This document shows positions 1 to 13,535 of a stretch of DNA of 64,000 nucleotides, piece by piece; the stretch's first letter is position 1, and each line of letters begins with the position of its first letter. This DNA comes from Felis catus (taxonomy: Eukaryota): positions 108,378,001-108,442,000 of the forward strand of contig NC_058373.1 of NCBI RefSeq assembly GCF_018350175.1, written 5' to 3'. The position numbers were made by a program, and so were the translations under genes. The notes below the pieces were generated by a model, which was not told the origin of the DNA, did not search any database, and saw only the letters and a list, made by a program, of their open reading frames with translations.

Positions 1-1563
1 ACTCCCAGCTTCACAAGGCAAATAACATGTTTCCTGATCGTCCAGTGGCAATGGCAGAGAACACTTGGCGTTTTGACTAGGGGTGAGGCAGGTGCGGTCC
101 TGCCATATTGCCCCTGAGATCCACTAAAGAGTTTGCATTTGAAGAAATACTGATGTTGCACAGCTCTGTCTTCTCCTCCTCCCCTCCCTCCCTCCCTCTC
201 ACTTGTTTTCTCCCCCTACCCCACTTGTCCTGTGGCCATCCCCTCTGCTCCCTGCTCCATCTCTTCCCTTTCTCTGCTCTTACAGCCACAGTTTCAGCTG
301 TTCAGAAGGCAGAGGATAGTGGCACAGGATGGTGGCTCAGTATCCTGGGGAGTGGGGTCATACGTCTGGCCACCGTCCCTGGCATCTTTCTGTTACCCTC
401 AGGTTGCTGGGCCTGGCATGTTCCCTTCCTGTGACAATTCAGCCTGTTTTCAGGTTTCCTAAAAATAGCAGCATTCTACCTCATGTCACAAGGTGTACCT
501 GCACATCCTTGTTTTGTTAAATCTGAACAAAGTGTTCCCATTGGTGAATTTAGAGGCACTAAAAAAGCCTCCTCAGCAGCTGTCCAGCCGAAGTATGCAT
601 TTGTCTTATAGACAACAAAGCCAGCAGAAATGAGTGAGCTAGGAACAATGCTATCACCCACCTTGCTGCTGGTTCGGTGGGACTTCCCAGTGGGCCATGA
701 TGTCTCTGTGATTCCATTTGCAAGAGCTTCAAAGTTTGCATTTGCTTTAGACTCATGTTGTTTTGAAATAGTATTCCATCATGATTTTCAAAGTTGGTTA
801 TCATTCAAAATCACCGGAGCAGGCACAGTGTTAATGGCAACCATATCTGTCAGTTTGTAGCTTTTTTCTCTGCTTACTTAACAGAGTGAAGTGATTTAAT
901 AAGTTCTAGAAAAGTCAACGTGATCCTTTGTCTCAGGAGAAGACTAATTTCCTTACCTTGCCATTCATGAAGGGAAGTCCCCTGAAAGTAAGAGACTTGA
1001 GAGCTGTAAGACTTACTTAGCTTTTAGATTTTATTTAAATGTTGTACCTGTGTTCTACCTCTCTTGCTCTTTTGGTTAAAATCACTGAAGCATATGCTGA
1101 GAAAGTTGTTGATGACCTCAGGGCCAGTCAAGGTAATTATCTTGGCACACACCTACTTTAGATGGTCAGGAAGCCCTCTTCTGCCTTTCCACTCAGACCT
1201 GGTGAATATTGGGAGTTCCTAGTAGGAGTATGGTTTCAAAGGCATAAGTGGAAATTCATATTTGGTACCAGAATCCCCAGATGTGAGGTGGCTTTTGGCT
1301 TTTTAGTCCAGAGAACTGGAGGAAAAAAGGGAGAATGGAAACTCCTCCTTGCTGCAACAGTGGGAAACCCCAGAGTCATGTTTATGGGCAAGCTTAGAAT
1401 CCATTCACTCACATAACTCCATCCATCACCTGCTTGCACAGGTGGTGTGTGTGTGTGGGGGGGAGGTTAAGCCTGACATATGAGTGTCCTGCCTTGGAGG
1501 ATGTTGTGCTGCAGTGAGGAACACCCACTCATATTTTCATCTGATGCCTCTTTGGAGCTGCCT

Positions 1564-1569
<6 letters not shown>

Positions 1570-1627
<58 letters not shown>

Positions 1628-1656
1628 TCCTCATTCCCTCCCTCCCTCCCTCTCTG

Positions 1657-1687
<31 letters not shown>
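1570..1687. repeat. (CT)n and (CA)n microsatellites
   Basis: Direct reading. Confidence 0.95.
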
Positions 1688-2631
1688 GTATTACAGGGAG
1701 GAAACTTAAAGGGTGGAGATCACACACATTTAGCCTGTAAGCTTAGTATCCAAAGTTAAAGAAACTTTTAAGAAGTAAGATGCTTAAACAGGGTAGAACT
1801 GCTACAGACTCTCTCTTCACACATTTTCCTCTCACCCTCTTCCCTGGTGTTTAGTGAATGGTACTCTACCCAAGCACCATGACAGATGCTTTATGAGACT
1901 GGGGATGAGGCAGGGTAGAGAGTGCCGGCCTTACTTTCAAGTTCTTTACGATGCGGAAATGCTTTAGCTATAAAAGGCTGCTTAGCTTGCCCGGTATTAA
2001 ATGGTCATCATGTAGGTGGTGTGGAAATGCTATACAGTTCATCTTCATAGTTGGTTGGAAGGAGACATGCAAGAGGGGACTTGGAGTAGGAAGGCATTCT
2101 TAGGAAGAAGTTGGGTTATAGGGTCAGAGGCCTGGTAGTGGACAAGACCATTCTGCCCAGAGGAAGTGAGTTAAGGATGCTAATTTTGTTGAACTATGAG
2201 TTTCCCTTGGGGATACAGTGGGATAAACTTGGGAAGTTTGCTTGCAGTTGGACCACATATAGTTTAAAGAGGAATTTAGGCTTTATCTTGTAGCACAGGA
2301 GCTACCGTTAACACAAGTTGAGTGAGAGCAACATGGTACAAATAGTACTTGGTGAGGATGAATCTGGTGTAGTGTTAAGGATGAATTAGGGGACCGTGAG
2401 AGCATGGAAACAGAATCTAAAGACACTTTGTGGTAGTTCGTAAGAGATACATAAAATACACAAACTGAGGGGTCTTGGTGCTTGGCAACTTGGCTGCAGA
2501 AGCCTGCAGGGACTTCAGTCATTTTCTCCTCTGATTGTCAGTCTGTTTTAGGGTCGGGAACAGATACATGTTTATTCAGTAAGACAGCTAATAATTCTCT
2601 CATGTACATGTGTGGTTCAAGGGAAGACACC

Positions 2632-3022
2632 TGTACTAGTCCCTTATGGCTGCCATAACAAGTACCACACCTGAGGTGGCTTCAACAATGGAAATGTATT
2701 TTTATAGAGTTCTGGAGAATAGAAGTCCCTGAGCAAGATGTCCACAGGGTTGTTTTCATTCTGAAGCTTCTGTCCTTGGCTTTTAGATGACCATCTTCTC
2801 CCCTTGTCTTCACATGGTCTTTTCTTTGTGCACACACATGCCTATGTTTGGATCTCCTCCTCTCATAAAGACATCGACTAGGTGGTTAGGGCCCAGCCAC
2901 AAGACATCATTTGAACTTAATTACCTCTTTAAAGACCTTATCTCCAAACATGGTCACAGTCTGAGGTACTGGGGGTTAGGAATTCAACATGAATTTTTGG
3001 GGAACACAATTCAATCTATAAT
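2632..3022 (-). mobile_element. MaLR (MLT1-type) solo LTR
   Basis: Typical MLT1 motifs ggctgccataacaagtaccaca...agaagtcc...aattacctctttaaagaccttatctccaaa...acaattcaa. Confidence 0.8.
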
Positions 3023-3667
3023 AGCACCTATGGACAAAAAAGATGAGGAGCAGCAGGAAGACCAAGGCCAAGCATCTTCCCTGACCCCTTATCCAGGCTC
3101 TTGCTCTCTGTTCCTTGTGCTAAAATGGACATCTCCAAACAGAAGTTTCCCGAGCCAGCTTTCTGTCATCCTTTTCTAGGACAATGTAGGCTGATGTCAT
3201 CTGGGGGATTTTCAACTCCCAATTTTAGGATTAGCAGCCTTTCTCCTTTTTTTGTTTTCATTTTAACTTCTCTGGCAATGCTAGTTTCTTACCACATTTA
3301 TTCCAGTCGTCTGTTTATGTGCATGATAATTTTTTATAACGATGGGAGGGAATCTCTGAAGAGAATTGGAATATATAAAATAAACAGATGCATTAAGGTA
3401 CAGCTACAGAGTTTTCATAAATGTCTGCCTTTCAGGACTAGTACTTGTTTCTGACTTCTCTCACCTCTACCTCTGAGATGACCTTCTCTTTATTTCTAGT
3501 GGTCTCTGTTCCCATCAGCTGGCTGAGGCTGGAGCCTCAGGTCCCTATGTCCTCGCTTCTAAATTCTCATTCTACTTGGGACCTTGGGCCCAAACTGCTT
3601 TTTTTCATAGTCACCTGAGCCCCTGCTGACAGTGTTTATTTCATTCTAGCCTGAAAAAACCCATAAT

Positions 3668-3900
3668 GAGTGGAATGATTAGAACTGGGGGCTCCAGACA
3701 GACTACCAGGGTCAAATCCTGGCTCTGACACTTTGTCCTCTGCAACTTTGGATACGTTACTCTCCAAACCTCAGTTTTTTTCTCATGTGTTAAGTGAGGA
3801 TAATAATAGTTCCAACCTCAGAGGACTGTGAGATTTAAATGAGTGTAAAGTGCCTGGCACATAGTAAATGCCATGTGAGTGTAAACTGTAATAATTATTA
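3668..3900 (+). mobile_element. MIR SINE
   Basis: MIR core tcaaatcctggctctg...cctcagtttt...gtaaagtgcctggcacatagtaaatg. Confidence 0.75.
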
Positions 3901-6900
3901 TTTTGCTTGCCTTTGTTCTGAGTAGCTTCCTTGGAGATTCAGATCTTGTTTGGCTCTTTCTACATTTCCCCCCTACCAGGCTTCCCTTTTGTAACCCAGG
4001 CAGGGGTGGGCAGGCTTCCCTGGAATCCTCCTCAGACCAGCTGTCCGTTTATTAGAATGATAAGCAGAAGTAGTTGACAAGGTCTATAAATTGTGCTTGT
4101 CTTGGGGGCAGTTCTACTGGCACAGTCCCAACCAGGCTCTGCTTGAGCCTTTGCCTTCTGCTCAGGCCAGGAGAGCAGTTCCCTATGTAGCCAATCATGA
4201 GCCCTTGGAGTTTCCACAAAAAGGTGGTGCTGCTCAGGCCATAGCAGAGACATTTGCCCTTTTCCTTTGCAGTAGTACCACCTTTTTAAACCCAGCAGAC
4301 TTTTATGATTGAAGGAAAAGTTTGGAATGGTCTGTCACAATGGGGAGGGGAAGCTCTTCTTCTCATCTTAGTTGGGGTCTGCAAGACACACATCTCTGTT
4401 GGTGTTGAAGGTAAGGTTCAATGCCTTTTTCAGTTTGAACAGGGTTCTGCATGACCACAGTCCTGGTATGCAAACACCAGCTCCTCTTCTTCTTGGGCAG
4501 GCTTCTGCTGGGGACCTTGTAAGTCACTAAGTGGCCCCTAGTGGACCCCTAGTGAGACACTCCATAATCACAGGGTCCTCAAGAGCTCCAAGATTCATAG
4601 CTTTACCATCAAGGCACAAACTCATGTACAAATGAGTACTAATTCAGGTATACACCACTGTCTTCACTCTTGAGATTACTCTTTGCCTTGGGCAAAGGGT
4701 GATCGTTTTAATCTTTGAATTCTGCATTCTTAACCTTGTTCTTCCCTGAAATCCGAGATTGATTTTGTAATCCCTAGTGACTTTGTGACAAGTTCTTGAT
4801 CTTTCTTCCTTCCTCCAACATGCTCCTGCTTCCACAGGGTAGAGCCTCCCGCTCGGCACCTCTTGCTGTATCCTCTCTTGCTCAGCCTGTGGCTTCCATC
4901 TTAACTAGTTAAACAGAATCTCCCTTTATTTCTTCTTAGCTCTGTGGCTCATTTAGTGCCTCCTTCCCAGTCTCCAGCTCTCCCCCAAGAGGAGGGCCCC
5001 ATTACCAAGGCTACAAATGTACCCCTTTCCCCACAGCAAGTGCTAATGCATCTATCTCAGTGAGGTGTAGGGCAGGCCCTTAATTTCTAGTCAGGACAAC
5101 TGAAATGATTTATCTTAAAGATGATATCTAAATACAAGTCAACAAGCCTTTCAGAAAATATCTGGAGCCAAATGAAATTCATCCAAGGGCAGAAGAGTTT
5201 CCTTGCCTTTGCCAAGCAAGGCTTCTTTGGCCATATGTACAAAAATATTACTCATCAATCAAACTAATTTATTTACCAATGTTAAAGTTGTTCAAAAAAT
5301 TGGCCAGAGCACACTACCTTCCTGTAGTTTGACAAGGCATATTATATAAATTACACATTTCAGATATTGGTCTTATTTTTATTTTAGAACTGTTAATAAG
5401 ATAAAGTATTGCTTATAGAAAATGGGCTGTTTTAAAAGCAAGTTATTGGAATATTTCTTGCTAAGTCACTCAACCTCCTTTAAAATTTTTTCTCATTTTA
5501 CAACAATTGATCTTTATATCCCCTTCTTCAAGTCTCATTTTGTGTAAAATACATTTTCCATGAGTGAAGCCTTCCTTGAAAATCTTTATTAAACTTCCTG
5601 GGGTTCAGAATCCAATGCAGTCATGAGTGGGTGCTCAGTAAACAGGTTGGTTTTACGTGTGGGAGAACAGGCTGTATTCAATCTTTACTCTCTTCAGTGG
5701 CGATCTCAGTGGTGTTATCAAAATGGGACTCCACTAGGTTTAAATAATGAAAGTTCAGCTGGGAGAGATGTTAGATAAGCTGAGAGATAAATTTCCTCTT
5801 CTGTTTTTGTACTCACAGCAGGATTCTGAAACAGAATCTCTGTGGGAGTTTAGGTAGTTGCAATCTTATCAAAGATATGTACAGAATATTTTTTTGGTTT
5901 TGAATTGATATTTCAGTGAATGCTTTCTTAAACCTGGGATGGGAGTTGAGAGGAGAAAAATAGGAGAGAATGTCTGGAGATGTTTTAATGCATTCTGAGA
6001 AGTTTTGGTTTGATTTGCTTATATTCCAGGATATTGTGGGACTAAAGTTTTTTTTCTATATATTTGCATAATGCTTATAGTTTATCCTCCTTACAAGTCT
6101 ACCAAATATAAATTGGTTCAAAATCAGAACATTCTCAGGTAATGTTTTCTGTTGATGGGTCCTGCATATTACTGTTCAGACATTGTGTAGAGCTGAAGAA
6201 AATGACAATTTGTATTGAAAAAAAAAATCAGAGGCATCAAAGGACAATTTTTTAAAAGCTTCATTTCTGTTGTTTTTCAAAACCAAAAGTTGTATAGGGC
6301 CATCTCACATTCTGTGGGGAGGAGGGCAACAAGTAAAATTGCAGAGTTACAATGATATGTTTTGAGGAATGGTTGGAGAAACTTAGAACTCATTAGGTTA
6401 GAGTAAAAGTTTGGGCGGCCTAACTGTCTTCAGCATTGGCAGGGTTGATACTGGCTTTCACTGTGAAGAAGAATGTCTACCTAGAAGATATGAACAAAGA
6501 AGGAATGGGTTTCTTGGCCAAGTAGTGAGCTTCCTGGCCATCAGCAGTGTTCAAGCAGATGCTGATGGCTGTCAATCAGAGTTGGTATATACTGGATTCC
6601 TTCCCTGAGTGAGATGTAGGAGGTTCTTGGTGGAGAGAAGGGCACTACTGCAAAGATGCTGTGATTCTGTAAGAGGATTTCAAGGAGAAGCAGCAGAGAG
6701 AGGTGAAATCAGAACTGTCAGAACGCACAGGAAATCCCGAGCTCTGGTCTCAGCTCTGCCACCATATTGTTGGGTGTTTGGAGTGGATCTCTTGGCCTGT
6801 TTGGAATTTAGCCTTTATTTTTGTAACGTGAAGGGTTGAATCAGTGCCCTCCAGGGTTATTTCTAAATCAACAGTTTTAAGATAATAATTTTTGCAGCCT

Positions 6901-7542
6901 GCACATTTGCGAGGATTCTGCAGGCCCTGAAACACTGATGGGCCTAAAGCATAATACGAGAGCAGCTTGTTGGAGCTAATAGGATATACTATGCACAGGA
7001 TTCGTTTTTGTAAGCAGTCTTCCAGAGACTAACCTCATTCCATACTCTAATTCAGTTATCGTTTATATGCAATGAACCCACCAGTAATTTAAGATAAAAC
7101 ATAATCTTGGAGGTTACACTTTTTAATTTAATTAAGTTAGCATGCATTATGGATCTATTATGAGTAGGCATCAGGAATATAAAGATGAATAAGCAGACAC
7201 CATCTCTAGTTTCAGTAAATTTACAGTCTAGGGGGAAATCACAGCTAGACTAAACAAATAATGATGTTAGACATGAGTTAGATATCAAGATCAAGCACTG
7301 CGCCAAGTGCACAGTTATATAGCCTGCCTGGTGAGAAAGGGATAGGCTTTGCAGAAGAGTTGTCTTTCCGGTGGGTCCTTCAGATGGGCAGGACTTTGCC
7401 TATTGGAAAAGGTCATTCCATGGAGAAGGATTACCTGGAGGAAACATGCAGAGGTTTGAAAATACATGCAAGTTTAGAGAATAGTGAATATCTATCTGGT
7501 AAAGCCAAGCATGGTGTATCTGGGAGGTGTGCTTGATAAGCC

Positions 7543-7850
7543 AGACTAAAATGGTGGTTTGGGGCTGAGTTGGAAAGGGTCTCAAATGTTATGGTAATAG
7601 TTTGAACTTTAATCTTGAGGTGGTGGAGAGTCCTAGAATCTTTTATGCATGACTGTAGGTCTGTGGTTCATATGGCTAACCCTGTTATGGGGTAGTAGAC
7701 TAAAAAGGTGGTTTGGGGCTGAGTTGCAAGAGGTCTCAAATGTTATGGTAATAGTTTGAACTTTAATCCTGAGGTGGTAGAGAGTCCTAGAATCTTTTAT
7801 GCATGACTGTAGGTCTGTGGTTTATATGGCTAACCCTGTTATGGGGTAGG
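7543..7850 (+). repeat. Tandem duplication, 2 x 154 bp, within an old L2-like remnant
   Basis: Copies start at 7543 and 7697 and differ by only a handful of substitutions. Confidence 0.9.
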
Positions 7851-8814
7851 AATGGGTTGGCATTGGTGGGGGGGGAGAAGGGATCTGGCAGTATTCAGCC
7901 TAGGTGTGTGCGTGTGTGTGTAATAATCAGTGTTCAGCTATGTTCATCAAATGACCTCAGTCTGAACCACACTATCCTGTAAGTTTATTAAAGTAACTTA
8001 GTCCAGCTAAGTCCTCTTCACCAGAGACCCAAATTATATTTTTAGGAAATTGAACAGTTGAAATTTTGAACTAGGCTTAAAAAAAAACAAGGAAGGAAGG
8101 AGGGAGGGAAGGAGAAGGAAAATAGATTCAATTTGGAATCTTTGTAGAGGTTCTGCCTAGTAAGAGTCTGACTCAAGCACTACATTAAGAATAGAATGGT
8201 GAGGACTTTAGAGGTTTCAGAAGACTTTTGAAAAGGATACTGAGTTAAATACTAGGCTTGATAATTTTGGGAATTCCTACAGGACATCCTGGAAGAGAGA
8301 TATGTGTCAGGTTAGAGTTTCAGCTTATAGGCACATACTTGGTAACCCTCAGTGACGGCTGCAGCCATGAGAATACACAAGATATCTGAAGGAATGCTTT
8401 TAAAGTAGGAATGGGACCCAAACACAGAATCTTAAAGAATAAAAAACTCTGAGAGGTGAGCAGAGAAGTGGAACTCTGAGAGAGTAGGTAAAGTGATAAG
8501 AAGAGAATCCTAAATCAAAATTCTAGTGATGATTTAGGCATGTAGAAAGAAAAGTTGAAGAATAAAGATGTGTGATGTGGGTTCTAACTCTGCCCAGAGG
8601 TCTGGATATTCTGATTTTTAATGACCATTCTGAGATCTGAGCAAGAGTGTCCTTGGGAGAAGGTACTTAAGTAATTTACCTCATGGTGGGGGTGGAAATA
8701 GACTTCAGGAAAACCCCATTTTGCATGTTCTTTTTTCATTGCTCAGCAGGCAACCCTTTGACCTATAATTTCATTTTAAGTGGAGACACACCAAATAGAA
8801 GATTGACTATATTC

Positions 8815-8995
8815 CTTTTTTTTAAAGTTTATTTCACTTGAGGTGGGGGGAGGGGCAGAGAGAGAAGAAGAGAGAATCCCAAGCAGGCTCTGTGCTGTTA
8901 ACACAGAGCCCAACGTGGGGTTCGATCTCACAAACTGTGAGATCACGACCGGAGCTGAAATCAAGAGTTGGTCGCTCCACCAACTGAGCTACCCA
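8815..8995 (-). mobile_element. Can-SINE (SINEC)
   Basis: Antisense SINEC body (gagatcacgaccggagctgaaatcaagagt), with degenerate TSD aagattga... Confidence 0.9.
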
Positions 8996-10889
8996 AGATT
9001 GATTGTAGTTCTATAGATACAAAGTTGGTTCTAGTTCCTGGGCTGGGAATAACCATTATAATAAAAAAAATTGGTGTCCTGATATATCACATATCTTATT
9101 GACAGAAAATCACATAGATGTCACACAGTCCTGCCCTCAGGACCTCACATCATCCTGGGTCTTCAAGATTCTGAGCATCTTGTGGTAAATGCTAAATATC
9201 ATATTCTTAAACCCTGGAGTAGTATTTGGACTGTGGTGGTCTCACTCGGATGTACCAATAATTGAAGCTCAGCTTGAACCCATCACCTTACCTCTTTTCA
9301 TGTTTCACAGCATCAGATAATCTTCAGTAATGCATGAAAGAAATTTATCTCCCTGCGACTCCGATCTGGTTAGGGTAGCTCTTCCGGTGAGCAAGTGACT
9401 GGTGGAGAGACCGGTATCTCAAGAGGCACAATTTCCTGGTAATAGTGATCAGCACATAGCATGCTATGAAATCAGAGCTTTGTTCCACAAGACTTTGCAA
9501 CATGGTGCCTGCAAAGCAGTGGAATAAAAGCACCATCTTCTGTGCCTCAAAGCCGCACTTTTACAGTCCTTGTTTGCTTTGCTAATTAAGAGACTTTCAC
9601 AAATCCCTCTTGACCCAAATGTGTAAAATGTTGCATGTTGTTTTGACTCTCCTAATAGCTTTTGTTTGGCACATTCTGAATTTATAAGGTCAAGTGTAAT
9701 TAGCTCCAGATATCCAAGCCTCCATTGGGAATAATGTCAAGGAGCAGCGTGTCTCAAAACCTACTTAAAAATCTCTGACATTTTTGCATCTTTCAAAAAA
9801 TGTTTAAACCTCTAAATTGGCCTTGATTTTGAAAGGGTAAATAGGGAGAGGTTTGAGGGAGTAATTGGGATGAGTCAGATACTTTGACTCAAGGTTGAGA
9901 GTAAAGGAACCCTTTTAGAGGAACCTGACATAGTTGTGTTTTAAGATCAATATACATGCCTACCACGTGGAGCCAGACCTCTGGCTTTCATGCCTACCAC
10001 AGTTTGACCCCATGTAATCTTCCCTTGATGTGCCATAATTACCAAGTGGAATGCCTAGTGCAGATGGCCTCCCATGCTTCAATGCACAGCCCTTCTGGGT
10101 AGGGACGCTATGCAGTGGAGTGATGTGGGCACGTAAGTGGGTGGAAACTTTCTAATGTGTCACAATAATAACGATGCAGAATCCTTTTGCTGTTCAACTT
10201 CCCCTGGAACTTCAGCCCACGCAGCAGCCTACTTGGTTCACAGTCCTATGTGAATGCTAGACAATTAGCAGCTGATAATGAAGAATGCCATGGGAACCAG
10301 TGGGAAAATAATAGCTTACTCCAAGGATATAATGAAATGAAATTAGCACAGACAGTAAAACAGACAATTTATGCTGGTGCTTTTTTTTTTCTTTTTTCCT
10401 TTTTTTTTTTTTGTAATTAAAAAGAACCAGTAAATGCTTCTAGTAGAGAAATATGAGAATCGATTAGAATCCCATCTGTTTTGGAAAGGGGTTCTATTCA
10501 GAAATTAATTCCAGAGAAATTTCTATTTTTCTACTGAGGAACTAGAATAGGTAAAAGGCACCTATTTTATTTGAATACAATGATAATTTTGTTCAGTGTT
10601 GTTACCTAAGTGGTTGCATGTGGTCTGAACTTTAGACAGGGATACTAATGCCAGATAATTGATTTTACCGTTATATTATCTGAAATGTCAGTAGATTTTC
10701 AGTGTTCTCAGCTAATTTTTAGTAACAAAGTGAACTTGTATCTCTGTGGATGGATAGACAAAAACACATTGTTTGAGAAATTGGGCATTTAAAGGACCCT
10801 TAAATCTTCTTCCTATTTCTGGATTTCTCATATGCTGCTTAGTCCTTGAGCATAAAGCTCTGCATACTACTTTTTGGGGTCAAAAGCTA

Positions 10890-11027
10890 TACTCAGTTTA
10901 CCTGTGACCTTGTTTGCTGTCTTTCCTGGGAGGCTTTCAAGTCCTCAGGTGGATGGATGCCTGGAGAAGGATGTAGACATGCTCAGGCAATCCTGAATTC
11001 TTTTTTAAATTTACTTTTATAGAGATA
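10890..11027 (+). repeat. Dispersed direct repeat, copy 1 (copy 2 at 13170-13312)
   Basis: About 140 bp of similarity, including tttcctgggaggct...ggtggatggatgcctggagaaggatgtag. Confidence 0.9.
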
Positions 11028-11913
11028 TTATGAAGTTTAATGAAGTCTTTACAATAATCTTTAAAAAATATTTAACTGTACTAGACTTCAGGGAAAAAAT
11101 TTTTTGAGGGTATTGGATTGGTAAAAAACAATTTTGTTAAAATTCCAGTCTCACTGTGTGGGCAGTCTTCTGTGAGTTGAAAATAAAGAAGTTATAAACA
11201 AATCAAAATTATATTTCACTCCAAATGCTTTCCAAATGCATTTGTTTTGGAGATTTGAAGAAAGTTGGCTATCTTTCTTCTGATATTTTGTCTGCCTGAA
11301 GTAGACTTGTCTCTCAATTTCTCTCATTTATAGAAATATTCTCTTTTTACTTGAAAGCTAAATTGCCTCACTGATTCAACAACTATTCCACCAAAATGAT
11401 ATACATGTATTTTCTCTGATGTTTCAACATGACATGCTTTAATTGGACATATGTTCCTAATTTTATCATATAATTATATTAAATTCCATTGTGTTAAAGT
11501 TATAATGAGCGATATCCATGCTGATTGATTTTATTTGGCGAATGACATATAAATTGTACAATGCCCATATATTGCTCAGTTAAGTCCAGCAATATGAGCA
11601 TGCCATTAAAAATCCAACAATCCAAAATGTTGGCTGTAACCTTCTAAACCATCAACATTATCTAATTCCCTTTGCTTCTTTTTCAATCCTCTCCCTCATC
11701 TGGGAGGATGTGGGAAAATGGAGAGGTTGGAGACAGTGGAGAATAGTTGAAGTGTTTAGGGAAAATCAGACAAGTGGAAAGAATCTCAAAGGTTCCCTTC
11801 ATGGACCGATTAGTGTACTTCATCTACTTTCTTCATTAAATGCTGCTTCTGAGCTAACCATCTGAGCATTAAGGGAAAGGAAAGCAAGCTTGCTGATAAT
11901 TCTTGGCTTCTAG

Positions 11914-11916
<3 letters not shown>

Positions 11917-11958
<42 letters not shown>
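11917..11958. repeat. (TG)n microsatellite
   Basis: Direct reading. Confidence 0.95.
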
Positions 11959-11961
<3 letters not shown>

Positions 11962-12660
11962 ATGCTATGGGAGAATTAACATTTTAAGCACGTAAAGCAG
12001 ACAGGTTAGGTTACATAATTCTCAGAAGGAGATGGACACATTTCAACACACATTTATTATTATATTAAAGATAGCACCCCATGTATACCCCAAATGCTGT
12101 GTTCTCGACTGTTTGAAAAATGATTGGTTGCTAGTGACTCCATATGTTGCTATGTTTTATTTTGGAACATGTTAAAATCTCACTTAGGTTTCATTAAGCC
12201 ATTTTTTGAAAGGTCTATTTTTTTCCTTCCAAAGAATTTGTTTGAGTATGTAGTTAACATATCCTTGTTAGCTATTACCAGGAAGAAAATTTAAGTGGAA
12301 CTACCCATTTTTCTTTAAATATATATATTTTAAATATTTTAATAAATATTTTATATTTCATAGTCCTAGAAATTTTTAGAAAAATGATTGACTATCCATT
12401 AAGGTTGTTGAGGTTATAATAACTAGACCTAAATTTAGACACCGGAAAAATAATATGCTAAGCATCAAAGACTTCGTTCTGTTGTTGTTGTTAGTAGTAG
12501 AAGCATTACCAAAGGAAAAAAAGAAAATTAAAGGCCCCAGTTTAAGTTGTTCTATGCTAATTTTTAAAAGCAATTTATTTAATTTTGTAGTTGGTTGTAA
12601 AAACACAGGTAATGATACAAATGAGTCTAATTGTACAGATATTTTAAATTTGTGCACTGA

Positions 12661-12895
12661 GGGGCACCTGGATGGCTCAATCAGTTGAGTGTCCGACTTC
12701 AGCTCAGGTCATGATCTCATGGTCTGTGGGTTCAAGCCCCATGTAGGGCTGTGTGCTGACAGCTTAGAGCCTGGAGCCTGCTTCGGATTCTGTGTCTCCC
12801 TCTCTCTGCACATGCCCCGCTCACACTTTGTCTCTCTCTCTCTCTCTCTCTCTCTCAAAAATAAATAAACCTTAAAAAAATTTTAAAAAATAAAT
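12661..12895 (+). mobile_element. Can-SINE (SINEC_Fc-type)
   Basis: ggggcacctggatggctca head, (CT)n, A-rich tail, TSD ...tgcactga. Confidence 0.95.
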
Positions 12896-13169
12896 AATTT
12901 TTTGCACTGAAGTAGCTGTATATGGAGTTGGCACACTGGTGTCCAACTCTTAAAAGTTTTTCATTTCTTACCTTCTTTTTGGTAGTTGCAAGGAAAGTCT
13001 GAGCATAAACTATAGGTCAAAGCCCTCAACTCTTATTGTGCCAAAATTGCCTTTGAAAACATCTCCTTGTTTTGCAAAGCTGCTGATATCTAACACAATA
13101 GCTCTTATTGTCACCTCCGTGCCCTAGAATCCTGGCTTGGGTCAATGTTACTGGTACACACCTGTGCTG

Positions 13170-13312
13170 TACTCAGTTTACCTCTACTCTGACCTTGTTC
13201 TCTGTCTTTCCTGGGAGGCTTCTCAAGTCTTTAGGTGGATGGATGCCTGGAGAAGGATGTAGCTATGCTCAGGCATCCTGAATTCTCTTTTGAATTTACT
13301 TTTATAGAGATA
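13170..13312 (+). repeat. Dispersed direct repeat, copy 2
   Basis: Matches 10890-11027. Confidence 0.9.
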
Positions 13313-13535
13313 AAATTGACACATACTAATGTGTAAGTTTAAGGTATACAACATGTTGATTTGATACATTTATGTGTTGCGATATGATTACCACTGTGCT
13401 GTTGGCTGACCCACCTATTATGTCACATAGTTATCATTTTTTTTGTGATAGGAACAATTAATATTAGACTCTTAGCAGCTTTGAAGTTTATTAATAGTAC
13501 TGATTGTCTATAATCACTATGCTGTACATTAGGTT
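13285..13535 (-). mobile_element. L1 (L1MA-like) 3' end fragment
   Basis: gtaagtttaaggtatacaacatgttgatttgatac...actatgctgtacattag; candidate TSD atcctgaattc/atcccagaattc. Confidence 0.75.

Noticed and set aside
1..900. Possible promoter/first exon of SYT16
   Set aside because: No CpG island or convincing ATG-donor exon seen; the short ORFs show no recognisable similarity.
1467..1759. ORFs with SLSL/ERER/THTH runs
   Set aside because: Translations of microsatellites.
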